64,000 nt of DNA, taken from assembly GCA_042584585.1 (NCBI GenBank), contig JBHOSQ010000002.1, forward strand, positions 12,806 through 76,805. The letters run 5' to 3'. Numbering within the stretch: the first letter of the stretch is position 1; each line of letters starts with the position of its first letter. The position numbers and the translations under genes were made by a program. This DNA is from an archaeon (GTDB lineage Archaea; B1Sed10-29; WALL01). Positions 41,001 through 48,225 of the stretch are shown piece after piece. The notes beneath the pieces were generated by a model that did not search any database, was not told the DNA's origin, and was given only the letters and a program-made list of their open reading frames with translations.

Positions 41001-44000
41001 CTACAAGCGTGGCGCGGCCAAGTTCTCGACAGTTGTTACTGGCCTGCAGGACTATTACGTCAACGAGACCACTGGCAACGGCACCGGCGGGGCGGCGGCA
41101 GTGGCGGCGTACAACGACACCAGCCTGACGCCGAACGGATACGCGTGCTACGAAGTGCGGGCAAGGGACAACGCCAACAACTGGGGATTGTTCTCGAGCC
41201 CGACGTGCAACTACACGCTCGCGGTGACACCCGGGGCAAGCGTCACGTGCAGCCGAAACCCAGACCACTGCAACGTCACGATTTCACCGAACGGCAACGC
41301 GGCGGGCACAGAATACAACGTCAACAACACCCAGGGCGGAACCGACAGCGGGTGGATAACCGCGTCGTACTACGACGACACCAGCGTAAGCGGCCAACAA
41401 ATGTGCTACAAGGTCAGGGCCCGCAACGCCAACGGAATCGAGACCAACGAGTCCACCGAAGTGTGCGACAACATGCCCAACACCGCGCCGACCACGCCAG
41501 TGCTTGTGTCACCGACCAACGGCGCGATTGTCTCGACGCTGACGCCGACGCTTGATTGGCAGGACAGCAGTGACAACGAAAACGACAGCATTAACTACGA
41601 AGTGTTGCTGTGGGGCGACACGCCACCAAGCTTCACGATAACCAACTTCAACAACGGCGCGAAGACCAACACCACGACCGACGCGGACAGGTACGGCCAG
41701 GGCAGTGGGCTGGAGCTGGACATGCCTTACGCGGCCAAGGACGCGAACCTCGTGTCGTACTGGAGGATGGAAGGCGACGCGGTGGACGAGGCCGGGCCAA
41801 ACCACGGCACAATCACTGAAGCCACGCCAGACGCCGGAAAGTTCGGCAGTGGCCTGCACTTCGACGGGTCAAACGACAAGGTGACCATACAGAATGACCC
41901 CTCGCTGAACCCGGCGCAGATAACAGTCGCGAGCTGGTTCAACCCGGACGTTGGAGGCATAGGAGAGCAAAAAACATTGCTGATGAAGGCCTTCACGTCA
42001 CACACCACGCCGCACTACCAGTACACGCTTACAATCATAGACAAGGTGGACTACGAAAAGAAGCTTGCGTTTTACGCGGCGGTTGGAGGGGTGCTTTACG
42101 ACACGGGAGCGGGGTCACTCAACTACGACTACGGCGAATGGCACCTCGCAACCGGCACGTACGACGGCGGAACCATGCGCCTGTACCTGGATGACCAAGA
42201 AGTGGCATTCAGCGATGCGCCCAGTGGACCACTGAACTCGTTCGACACAGAACTAGCGTTCGCAGACTACCCCAACCTCGGCGACACCTCGAGTTACCAA
42301 TACGGTGGGGTGCTTGACGAGATGAAGATTTACGACCGCCCGTTGACAGGGCCGGAAGTGACAGAGCTGTTCAACAACGGAAACCAGTACAAGGCATACG
42401 GCTACTGGGAAAGCGAGACCATTGTCCCGCAGGGCGTGCCCAACAAGCTGAGCATAACCCACTCCGGGTTGAGCACGAGCTCTTACATAGACAAGGTCGA
42501 GTGGCTGGTAAGCGGGCAGGTCAAGGCAACGTACGGCACCGACGTGACAAGTGGGTCGCTCACAGAGATAACCACGCCGACAAGCGGGAGCTTCGACGAC
42601 GTAGACAGCGACTACAAGATACGGATTTACCTTGCCGGCGACGGGACCGCCACGCCAACGCTCACGCAGCTAACCGGCGAATACACCAGCCTGCACAAGA
42701 CCGGGCTGGGAAGCAGCCAATACATAATCCAGGCAAGTGAACAGTTGGTGGGCGGGAACTACAGCTGGAAAGTCAAGGCACACGACAGCTGGGCGTCGTC
42801 TGGCTGGAGCAGCACGTGGACGTTCCAGGTCCAGACCAACGACCCCGTGCTCAGCAGCGTGCAAGTCACGCCGGCGCACCCAACAGTAGTGGACGGCCTC
42901 GGGTGCTCGTGGGTGATTACAGACGTTGACTTCAACGACACTTTGACCGCGGACGTCACCTGGAAAAAGAACGGCGCGCCAATCGCCACGTGGGACATCA
43001 CGGGCATGGCCTGCCAGAACGGGCAGGTGTGCACCGCCACCAGCGCACCCACGTCCAGCGACATCGCGGCAGGCGAAGTGTGGACGTGTGTGGTGACGGC
43101 AAAGGACGCGGCACAGCTCACAGACGAAAAGAACGACACGGCAACAATACTCAAGGCCCTTACGGTGTGGTACACGGACGGGACATACGACACGTTCGCG
43201 TACACCCCCGAGGCATGGGACGTGTTCAGCGCAAACATGGAGAGCACTTTCCAGGGCTCGTGCGGCGGGTTCGCGCCGAACTGGTGGAACACCAACTGGC
43301 CGCTCAGGATACCCGTGGACGTCACAGAAAACACTGATGGCATGAGCCAATACCAAGTCAAGGTCGAGCTGGACGCTGGGTTCAACTACGGCGCCACCGA
43401 GACAGGTGGGAGCGACATACGGTTCGCCGACGACGCCAAGGTGCCACTGCCGTACTGGATAGAGACGTGGAACCCGGGCGGGACGAGCGTGATTTGGGTC
43501 AAAGCCGACTTGGCTAGCGGGCCCAACCCATTGTGGATGTACTACGGCAACGCTGGAGAGCCGAGTGAGAGTGACGGGACCGCGGTGTTCATTTCGTTCG
43601 ACGACGGCGAGGCCGGAAACTTGGTGCTCAACCCCGCGGGAGCGGGAAGCATCGAGCGCGTTGGCGGAAGGATCTACGGGGAATCAGTGGCGGCCGCGGA
43701 CGGCTGGCTAATCGGGACAATCCTGTCCGGCGAGCCGTTCATCGCCAAGGCGAAGCTTGAGAGCGGCGCGACTGGCAACGGCGGCATCGAGGCACTGGCC
43801 TTAAGCAACTGGGCGGCAGTGCCTGTTCCGATGATTAACACTGCGTTCAACCCCAACGCACGGTTCGGCATCAAGCGCTACCTGGACGACCACACCTTGT
43901 ACGTGCACTACATGGACAACGCGGGCAGCGGGTGGTACTACGACGCGGTGAACAACGTGTGGGCCGACAGCCCGACTAACTGGAAGGTTGCTGGGCCGGG

Positions 44001-44394
44001 CGAGTACACGCTGATGGTCTGGGACGACGGAATCAACTACAACGCGGACATTATCGAGGAAGGCGCCGGAAGCGTGTTCACTGTCCCGCCGTCGATACCG
44101 AAGTCACAGGTCAAGGACTTCCAGGACGGGATTGCCATCGTGGCGGGCGAGCCGTACACCAGCCACTATTACGGCCAGCAGTACGTCGACGACTGGAGGA
44201 TTCGGAAGCACGTGGACACAGACCCGAGCGTTGTCCCGGGCGGCGAAGAAAGCGGCGGAAGTGGCCCGGGGCCGGGCAGCAAGTACGTGTTCTACTCGAT
44301 GAAGGACATTGACGAGACCAAGATAGTCGACGAGGTTTGGTTCGCGACAAAGGACAAGTGGCAGGTCAACGCCATAACGGTCGAGAGGGCATGA
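32089..44394 (+). CDS. Giant secreted surface protein, 4101 aa (FN3/Ig repeats, about 7 LamG domains, DUF2341-like domain near the C-terminus)
   Basis: Sec signal MKYAALFALLLMVSTAFG; seven (L/M/I)V(G/S)(H/Q/Y)W-type starts ending in (I/L/M)D(D/E)..(V/I/M)(Y/W).R.LT; WW.TNWPLRIP..V...SDIRF...LPYWIE.W....IWVK...MYYGN (DUF2341-like, from 43282); no C-terminal TM. Confidence 0.88.
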   Translation: MKYAALFALLLMVSTAFGLLIVDWSPPDGTITLYDTWNQDVSYGRGCNSPICDNYPPGVDGQVTVNFTNVTDAYEGQAVAVAGLENCWITDCELLDKTGCPACPYVSCEAYSPDNAFFNYGDPVDGSSVDWTTIEGTGDQYDTHLAHELWTEGPGTDWSPSWPTLLPQPNEGVRTIKAICADKAGNIAIQMQDDIYGDFVDPYATISYSGGYQSSTSISITQTASDQGRSPPPDPITHDTQRDRAVMADGVLGAWEGWSTIDTSGTNFNWDGPDCYGVKLRYRSHDVADRYSDWEDPSITVYIDTNTPGAVGSLTSTSHPLGTTAYANQTATFTWSDPQPCSGTQYYATAVTQSSSHSWTGTEPTSAGTSNVTTGLAEGTWYFHIRSRNNAGTWGTADSFMINVDLGAPTPNPATVASVVVDSDTQVTVTATTATDAFAPIYYRANETTGNSGGTNFTWQTGTSFVDGGLAISTQYCYIVQYKDKWDNEGAWTTTPVCDYSNAAVPGAPTVTLLPESSPLNSGLTMANIVIDENGNPATVLYNIKDVATGLHVQADGTLGASAAWMSYVNWGGSSGIDVTLEDDFVYSFAVKANGGGGDFSAYGPAITVTALDRTGPSPVDLTATADIANNRVNLTWPWASDEIAPDIDSGLVGHWELEDNTLDSSGNGHDGTNPLGISWVDGIQGQAGHFVNGRTATDITTNYLPLTVSFWVKEDANTWESSAAIGKRDGSSGWMFYRNPTWGDGNLGLLTYYVNTDPITTSYINYVYGLNDGNWHHIAFTIENGVTTTYKDGVLNERYVMPNFDYWLNNSQGISLGSEKAGSASWNFDGYLDDMRVYDRLLTEDEIKALTLVGQWHFDEGTGTDAFDASGFGNDGTITGATWADGVHGSALDFDGAGDYIDAGTGNGFKMEDGAFTFEAMVKSDGGIEASPVIMQRMYNGDCGGSSNSDAMRLGTTHTAGSGNPEYPLFWVRDKNGNSATATSTVDINDGKWHHVAGVRTSSTIYIYVDGVETGTASASSIGEICPTNPFVIGRHSSSAQRFNGKIDEARVWRRALTASELQSRAWYMPFRSAMLEANYDAIKGAADDFSDGDYTSNPVWTPGIGGSTWGVENGQVFTQSTTASESSLTLTENIAAGEPFVMTVDKVTDWAETGIHGGGHYIRQYTAGNYQVSGVTIPHAYAQHWRLEFDGTTYRFYLNDELIREWAGSSNGIFDLYDDRNAASGKVYYDNVKVYSLQGNSYEDTDASDTEAPDTPGAPTLTAYSTSILGVAWTGVSDTGNDWFHFVKAFDTTGNEDNYHPSNGLVSYWPLGDGSTGSADGAVTLNRESTDHGTVYGATWVDGEYGSALDFDGADDYVTIANTHAFANDDFSYTLWFKADTPQDNWQGIMLQNNYHTGAPNTFFVAAIRGTNDPPNQDKVQVYDRYNGINVADYSDGLYTDGEWHHLAVTYDRDGMRRFYIDGAFQKETDISPHIAIAFQTAPLQLGRDLTGAQGGTTGGVYAYDGSLDEILMYSRVLTPEEVAGIYHRGLIQQSTVTTGINDYYVNGTSLDQWYTTSPQNATSLGTNTRHCYNITARDNALNVGNVGGTQCNYTLAVKPSILAGSMVCDGNTSSGYKCDVPFSMGDNPLYTEYYITATSTDGGTGFTDSGWITVRETYVDTGLDPHKTYCYKINARNGDGTLTGQYTQVCKTVANNVPTLGSATGNTDPIKGTAQQTLTIGGVDDLDQELLYIHCCTDEANTCTPTNINDVCSSNDAHPYSSLSCSYATGGVTTRTEYVRCVTNDTHDVSTPVTSDSYLVDSVAPTTTDNHSAGSCNAVDQVVSLSAGDDVGGVGVDSTLYCVDTANTCNPVTSYSAPVTVTCSAGTACTKYLRYNSSDVVDNQETVNSAAVQIDKSNPDDGVIANIVSLGTDSLRVTATAGTDDGCGNSSLQYYFTCQSGACNDGTWQSGLVYDDSGLSPATEYCYSVKVRDDAGNEGADSADTCAYTDASVPTMDSITAEGTPLNSGIGRVEVNWSGNPAGTDYEVQRDKFLTRYSGTNTAYTDTGLDNTWYCYRVRAQPSGGSWSGWSNELCTVTLDRTGPSPPNLTATPDNVNNRVDLDWTWANDEIAPDIDSGMVGHWRFEEGSGIATYDSSGSNIDGTIVGTPQWVTGLAGNAVQLDNSYINLGDAPTLDIATELTLSMWVKPDAFVVDKFLFGGSWSYHGYSLRFDDADNSQLEWYVGDGSAYHFFTYPHGMVTGKWYNIVCTYDGTEGKVFVNGNLIGSRIEPFIPDGAYIQDHVIGTDGSKAKHFTGTMDDVRVYNRALTDEEVKWLTLVGQWHFDEGTGTDAFDATGFGNDGSFVGDPAWTDGVHNTALEFDGSNYVSAGSSEALNPRQQGWTAEMMVKSTQKSGGNGGYIRVMGRYEAGDYWLLRTHTSSGDYPVFQITDGSNSAGVAGTTTVTDGVWHHLAFVYDYDDSRTYIYIDGVEDAANDWTGTSMGDINPSTALQIGQSQAANEGYSGKIDEVRVWRRALTAAEIQARAKYGLYRAAALDGAYEPVDGLWDDFDGAAVDTATWTELTTNDASITVSNSEVTLDDNTGIAHLTTQENFGVYGTLEFDLKANTPEPGSTWYRIAKVPNTFYVDAGNIFSIWMTGGVQLGIVNDYEFHNWKFTLDGTHIRVVYDGNVIYTADQASSLGTIRLGNDFSTEHGNMVFKNVKFTPLISTNTYQDTGASDTAGPNTPAAPTVLPINSTAMQASWSGVGDVGTGWWHYVKAFDSEGNEDNYHDSSELIGYWPFSEGSTGSADGVTTYDSVGTNEGTVSGAAWATGAYGTALDFTGGNTDKVALATPLTQTVWSTTFWARQDAGADIKGMIMGDTSNTISFIWFWEGSYFRFRSNSGTLDWPELTDFTTMAHYALVSDGVSVTLYKNGVQVGSPQTPASTEFTVNAIGQGYNNIDYSFDGVIDEVMVYDRVLTDDEVVSNYKRGAAKFSTVVTGLQDYYVNETTGNGTGGAAAVAAYNDTSLTPNGYACYEVRARDNANNWGLFSSPTCNYTLAVTPGASVTCSRNPDHCNVTISPNGNAAGTEYNVNNTQGGTDSGWITASYYDDTSVSGQQMCYKVRARNANGIETNESTEVCDNMPNTAPTTPVLVSPTNGAIVSTLTPTLDWQDSSDNENDSINYEVLLWGDTPPSFTITNFNNGAKTNTTTDADRYGQGSGLELDMPYAAKDANLVSYWRMEGDAVDEAGPNHGTITEATPDAGKFGSGLHFDGSNDKVTIQNDPSLNPAQITVASWFNPDVGGIGEQKTLLMKAFTSHTTPHYQYTLTIIDKVDYEKKLAFYAAVGGVLYDTGAGSLNYDYGEWHLATGTYDGGTMRLYLDDQEVAFSDAPSGPLNSFDTELAFADYPNLGDTSSYQYGGVLDEMKIYDRPLTGPEVTELFNNGNQYKAYGYWESETIVPQGVPNKLSITHSGLSTSSYIDKVEWLVSGQVKATYGTDVTSGSLTEITTPTSGSFDDVDSDYKIRIYLAGDGTATPTLTQLTGEYTSLHKTGLGSSQYIIQASEQLVGGNYSWKVKAHDSWASSGWSSTWTFQVQTNDPVLSSVQVTPAHPTVVDGLGCSWVITDVDFNDTLTADVTWKKNGAPIATWDITGMACQNGQVCTATSAPTSSDIAAGEVWTCVVTAKDAAQLTDEKNDTATILKALTVWYTDGTYDTFAYTPEAWDVFSANMESTFQGSCGGFAPNWWNTNWPLRIPVDVTENTDGMSQYQVKVELDAGFNYGATETGGSDIRFADDAKVPLPYWIETWNPGGTSVIWVKADLASGPNPLWMYYGNAGEPSESDGTAVFISFDDGEAGNLVLNPAGAGSIERVGGRIYGESVAAADGWLIGTILSGEPFIAKAKLESGATGNGGIEALALSNWAAVPVPMINTAFNPNARFGIKRYLDDHTLYVHYMDNAGSGWYYDAVNNVWADSPTNWKVAGPGEYTLMVWDDGINYNADIIEEGAGSVFTVPPSIPKSQVKDFQDGIAIVAGEPYTSHYYGQQYVDDWRIRKHVDTDPSVVPGGEESGGSGPGPGSKYVFYSMKDIDETKIVDEVWFATKDKWQVNAITVERA
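34657..34715 (+). repeat. 59-bp direct repeat, copy 1 (copy 2 at 39061-39119; 58/59 identical)
   Basis: TGGCACTTCGATGAAGGCACTGGCACGGACGCGTTCGACGCGA(G/C)TGGGTTCGGAAACGA at the junction between tandem LamG domains. Confidence 0.92.
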
Positions 44395-44696
44395 AAGTCG
44401 AGTGGGCGACCACGCCGTGGCAGAAGTTCCTGGGGCTCATGTTCCGGAAAGAAGTAAAGAAGCCACTAGTGCTTGTGCTGGGAAAAGAGTCACGAATGGG
44501 CGCGAGCATCCACATGATGTTCATGCGGTTCCCGATTGACGCCGTTTTTCTTGACACGGAAAGGAAGGTGGTTGACACAGCCACCCTGCGGCCGTGGGCG
44601 CTTAACTACACCCCCAAGAAGCCCGCGAAGTACGTGGTCGAGATGAAGGCCGGGACTGCAAACCACAAGTTGGGAGCCACGGTGAAACTGGAGTAA
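44391..44696 (+). CDS. DUF192 family protein
   Basis: A.TPWQKFLGLMFR...IHMMFMRFPIDAVFLD...LRPW...P..PAKYVVEM. ATG 44391 overlaps the giant gene's stop (ATGA). Confidence 0.85.
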   Translation: MKVEWATTPWQKFLGLMFRKEVKKPLVLVLGKESRMGASIHMMFMRFPIDAVFLDTERKVVDTATLRPWALNYTPKKPAKYVVEMKAGTANHKLGATVKLE

Positions 44697-44757
44697 GTAT
44701 TTTATTCTTCAAGCGCATAACCCAATGCGAGAGGAGTCTTAATGGGGGAGAGGGAGA

Positions 44758-46407
44758 ATGAGGTTAGTAGTTGACGAGTGCAGCCACTGCAACGCATGCG
44801 TAGAGACATGCCCGCACAAGGCAAACTTTGAGTGCAGGCAATGCCTTGAGCCGGAATGCGTGAAGGCCTGCCCGCACGGGGCTTTTTACGAGGCAGCCAC
44901 CGGCGTGTGGGGCATTGACGAAGAAAAGTGTGATGGGTGCGGGCTCTGTGCCATGACGTGCCCGTACAACGCAATTTATGTGGACGGGTACGCCCGGAAA
45001 TGCGACTTGTGCGGCGGGGACCCGAAGTGCGCGAAGGTGTGTGTGAAAGGATTGCGGCTCGATGCCACGGAAGAAGAAAATGAAGAGACGCGGAGGATAC
45101 TCGGCTGGGAAAAAATGGGTGGGGAGTATGACACTGGAGTCTATTTCCCAAGCTGCCAGGAAGCGCGATTGGTTGAGGGGGTGGTCAAGGCATTCCGCGA
45201 GGCAGCCAAGCAGGAGGATACAGACGTAGAAGAAGTATTCGAGGAATACTGTGAGGCGCAGGGGCTGGTTTTGGACGAAGGGCAGCACGAGGACTTGCTG
45301 CGGCTCATGAAGTACGAGGTGCACGGCTTTTCTGTGCTCGAGCCACTGCTGGCGGACGAGTCGCTCGAGGAGATTACTGTGAATGGGATAGGGGAGCCGA
45401 TAAGAGTATACCGCCGCGGCGTCGGTTGGCTCGAAGCAGACGTCGCTTTCCTCGACGCGAAAAAAGTCGTTGGCGTTATCAACCGGATTGCGCGGTCGCT
45501 GGGGAGGAGGATTACTCTGCAGAAGCCGAGGATAAACGCGTGCCTGCCGAACGGGTCGCGACTGCACGCCGCGATTCCGCCGGTGACGAAGCAGCCCTGC
45601 CTGACGATAAGGAAGTTCACCGAAAAGCCACTGTCGCCGAGGCAGTTGATTGACAACGAGACAATCAGCGCGGAAGCCATGGCGTTTTTGTGGATGGCCA
45701 TGCAGTGCGACCTGAATATCTTGGTGGCCGGGTCGACCGGGTCGGGCAAGACGACGACGCTGAATTGCCTGAGCGCGTTTATCCCGCTGACCGAGCGCGT
45801 GATCATCGTGGAAGAGACACCGGAAATAAGCATCCCCCACGAGCACAGCGTGCGGCTTACCGTGAACCACGAGCTAGGGATAAAAATGGGTGATTTGGTG
45901 AGGGACACGCTGAGGATGAGGCCGGACAGGATTGTTGTGGGCGAGGTGCGGAGTGCTGGCGAGGCAAAGGCATTGATGGACACCATGCTCGCCGGGCAGG
46001 GAAAGGGAAGCGTGGCGACTTTTCATGCGCTGAGCACCCGGGAGGCAATCAACCGCCTGAAGGCGCTGGGAATAAGCGACCATGACCTGCCCACCATTGA
46101 CTTGATTGTCGTGCAGAAGCGGTGGGACCGGTACGACCCGGAGGAAAAGCGGACGGAAGAATTGCGGAGGGTCATGGAAATAAGCGAAGTGACGGCCAAC
46201 GGGGCAAAGCCCTTGTTCGACTACGACACGGCAAAGGGAAAGCTAGTAAGGGTTGGGAGTGGCCAGGTGGGGAAAAAGATTATGAAGGCGTTTTCGCTGG
46301 ACGAGCTGGACGGGGAATGGGCGAAGCGCGAGAAAGCGCTTACGGATTCTTCCGAAGACTTCACAGAGGCGGTGAGGCAGGTAAATGAAACTGTTTTCGG
46401 GGCTTGA
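44758..46407 (+). CDS. TadA/CpaF-like pilus ATPase with an N-terminal multi-[4Fe-4S] ferredoxin domain
   Basis: 16 Cys in four groups (CSHCNACVETCP, CRQCLEPECVKACP, CDGCGLCAMTCP, CDLCGGDPKCAKVC), then LEEITVNG, LPNGSRLHA, TIRKF, Walker A GSTGSGKTT, VEETPE, LRMRPDRIVVGEVR, ATFHA. Confidence 0.9.
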   Translation: MRLVVDECSHCNACVETCPHKANFECRQCLEPECVKACPHGAFYEAATGVWGIDEEKCDGCGLCAMTCPYNAIYVDGYARKCDLCGGDPKCAKVCVKGLRLDATEEENEETRRILGWEKMGGEYDTGVYFPSCQEARLVEGVVKAFREAAKQEDTDVEEVFEEYCEAQGLVLDEGQHEDLLRLMKYEVHGFSVLEPLLADESLEEITVNGIGEPIRVYRRGVGWLEADVAFLDAKKVVGVINRIARSLGRRITLQKPRINACLPNGSRLHAAIPPVTKQPCLTIRKFTEKPLSPRQLIDNETISAEAMAFLWMAMQCDLNILVAGSTGSGKTTTLNCLSAFIPLTERVIIVEETPEISIPHEHSVRLTVNHELGIKMGDLVRDTLRMRPDRIVVGEVRSAGEAKALMDTMLAGQGKGSVATFHALSTREAINRLKALGISDHDLPTIDLIVVQKRWDRYDPEEKRTEELRRVMEISEVTANGAKPLFDYDTAKGKLVRVGSGQVGKKIMKAFSLDELDGEWAKREKALTDSSEDFTEAVRQVNETVFGA

Positions 46408-47125
46408 GAAAGACCTGCGGCTCGCAGAGATGGGACAGGACAGGGAAAAGTGGCTGAAGTACTGCGCGGCTTCTGCCGGAGCGGGGTTCATGGCAATGCT
46501 TGCCGCCTGGCCAACAGCCGCGCCGGTCGTGGCGGGGATTGTATTTGCTGCCGTGTACAAAATCCCGTGGTACAGGAAGAAGTCATTGGCTGGAAAAGCC
46601 GAGAAGGAGTTGCCGCTCGTGCTGAGGTCAATGGCCACGCTGGTATCGGTCGGGCTTCCGTTCGAGGAAGCTCTGCGGCAGAGCTGCGGCGACTCCGTGC
46701 TGGCGAGGCACGTGCATATTGCGTTGGGCGAAGTGAAATTGGGGGCGCCGGTGCCACAGGCACTTAACTCGATGGCGGAAAGGATTGACTCGAAGCAAAT
46801 GCAGAAGGCGGTGATGCAGCTCAACACGATTTACGCCAAGAAAGGCGGCGTGTCCGCACTGAAAAAAATGAGCGCGGAAATCGCTGCCGCGCAAAAAGCG
46901 GCGTTGCGCGAGTACGCGGGAAAGCTCGCGGTGTACTCGCTCGTCTTCATCGCGTTGTCCGCGGTGCTGCCGGCACTGTTCCAGGCGTACGTTATTGTGG
47001 GGTCCGCGTTCATGAGCGTGAAGCTGACGCCAAGCGACGCTTTTTGGGTTCCGGTGGTCGCTTTTCCAGTGATTGACTGCGCGATGCTCGCCATCATAAA
47101 GCTGAGGAGGCCATTCTTCGCATGA
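46385..47125 (+). CDS. TadB/TadC-like (T2SSF) membrane protein
   Basis: EKELPLVLRSMATLVSVGLPFEEAL...EVKLGAPVPQAL..MAERIDS with flanking TMs; follows the ATPase. Confidence 0.82.
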   Translation: MKLFSGLEKDLRLAEMGQDREKWLKYCAASAGAGFMAMLAAWPTAAPVVAGIVFAAVYKIPWYRKKSLAGKAEKELPLVLRSMATLVSVGLPFEEALRQSCGDSVLARHVHIALGEVKLGAPVPQALNSMAERIDSKQMQKAVMQLNTIYAKKGGVSALKKMSAEIAAAQKAALREYAGKLAVYSLVFIALSAVLPALFQAYVIVGSAFMSVKLTPSDAFWVPVVAFPVIDCAMLAIIKLRRPFFA

Positions 47126-47979
47126 TGGACAGGTTGTTGTTTGGGGTGCAGAAGGCAATGACCGGCCTGGGGTGGGGAGACGCCAGGCAGTGGCTGGGGC
47201 GCGCCATGTGGGCAGGGGCGGCAGTATTGGTGTTGGGAGTTGCATTGCACGAGTGGCTCGTTTGTACGATTTCGCTGCTTCCGCTGGCCGCGATGTATGC
47301 GGTGCCGACGTATTTCTGGGCAAGGAAGCAAAGGCTCATGGAAGAAGAGCTGCCGCAAGCGCTTTACCGCGCCGCCTCCAGCACAATAAGGCCCATGGAA
47401 GAGTTGGTTGGTGAGCTGGCCGAGGGGGGCACGCCATTGGCCGGGGAATTCGCGAAAGCGAACAGGCAGGTGGCGAACGGCGTCGCGGTCGACGACGCAC
47501 TCGAGGCCATGGTGGAGTGCAACGACTCCCAACTGCTGAAACGCGCGATTGGGCTGGTTTTGCAGGGCTACCGCACGGGCGCGGACATGGGCGACTCGCT
47601 GCGGGAGACGGCCGAGGAAATCAGCGGCGCCGCAGAAGTGGTGCGGGAGCAGGCCGCGACCACCGCGATAGAGAAGTATACCTTATTGCTTGCTGGGGGT
47701 GTGATTGTGCCACTCGTTCTCGGGGCATTGGTGTCGATGGTGTCGACGCTGAACTTCACGGGCCTCGCCGAAATAGGGTTCGGGCCCGCCGACCCGAAGG
47801 CGATGCTGGCGAGCGCGCTGCTCGGGAGCCAGATTTACATCCTTGAGTACGCGGTGATTGCGTCCGTGTTCGTCGCCTACCAGGAAAACAACATTGAGAA
47901 GGCGTTTGTCTACGCGGCGGTGCTGGTGCCGTTGTCAATGGCATTGTTCTTGGCCGCAAAAGCGGCGATGGTCGTATGA
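47122..47979 (+). CDS. TadC-like (T2SSF) membrane protein
   Basis: MEEELPQALYRAAS...EF......NG..VDDAL...TGADM..SLRETAEE, multiple TMs. Confidence 0.82.
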   Translation: MMDRLLFGVQKAMTGLGWGDARQWLGRAMWAGAAVLVLGVALHEWLVCTISLLPLAAMYAVPTYFWARKQRLMEEELPQALYRAASSTIRPMEELVGELAEGGTPLAGEFAKANRQVANGVAVDDALEAMVECNDSQLLKRAIGLVLQGYRTGADMGDSLRETAEEISGAAEVVREQAATTAIEKYTLLLAGGVIVPLVLGALVSMVSTLNFTGLAEIGFGPADPKAMLASALLGSQIYILEYAVIASVFVAYQENNIEKAFVYAAVLVPLSMALFLAAKAAMVV

Positions 47980-48225
47980 GACACCCCCCTACCACCTATT
48001 GCAATTACTATTCAGAGATAATGGGGATTAACGAATAGCCCGGAAAGGAGGGTATACAGAGGATACACTCGACTGCGTGGGCGGGCAACGTTCTGGTGCG
48101 CTTCAGGGTCAAGGACAGGGGATACTGCCGGCTCAAGGCGCAGCAGATTGGCGCCGTGATTGACGTGCGGCTCGCCACGCTGAGCGCGAAAACATTCCGC
48201 TAGCTTTTTAAACCGCTAGCGAATA

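Noticed and set aside
22017-44394. Diversity-generating retroelement acting on the giant genes
   Set aside because: No reverse transcriptase in the window, and the repeat pairs differ at all base types rather than specifically at adenines.
48036-48038. Amber recoding (pyrrolysine or an alternative genetic code)
   Set aside because: TAG terminates clear genes here (RelE at 211-213, uppS at 12935, T2SSF at 59280), and no conserved gene has an internal TAG.
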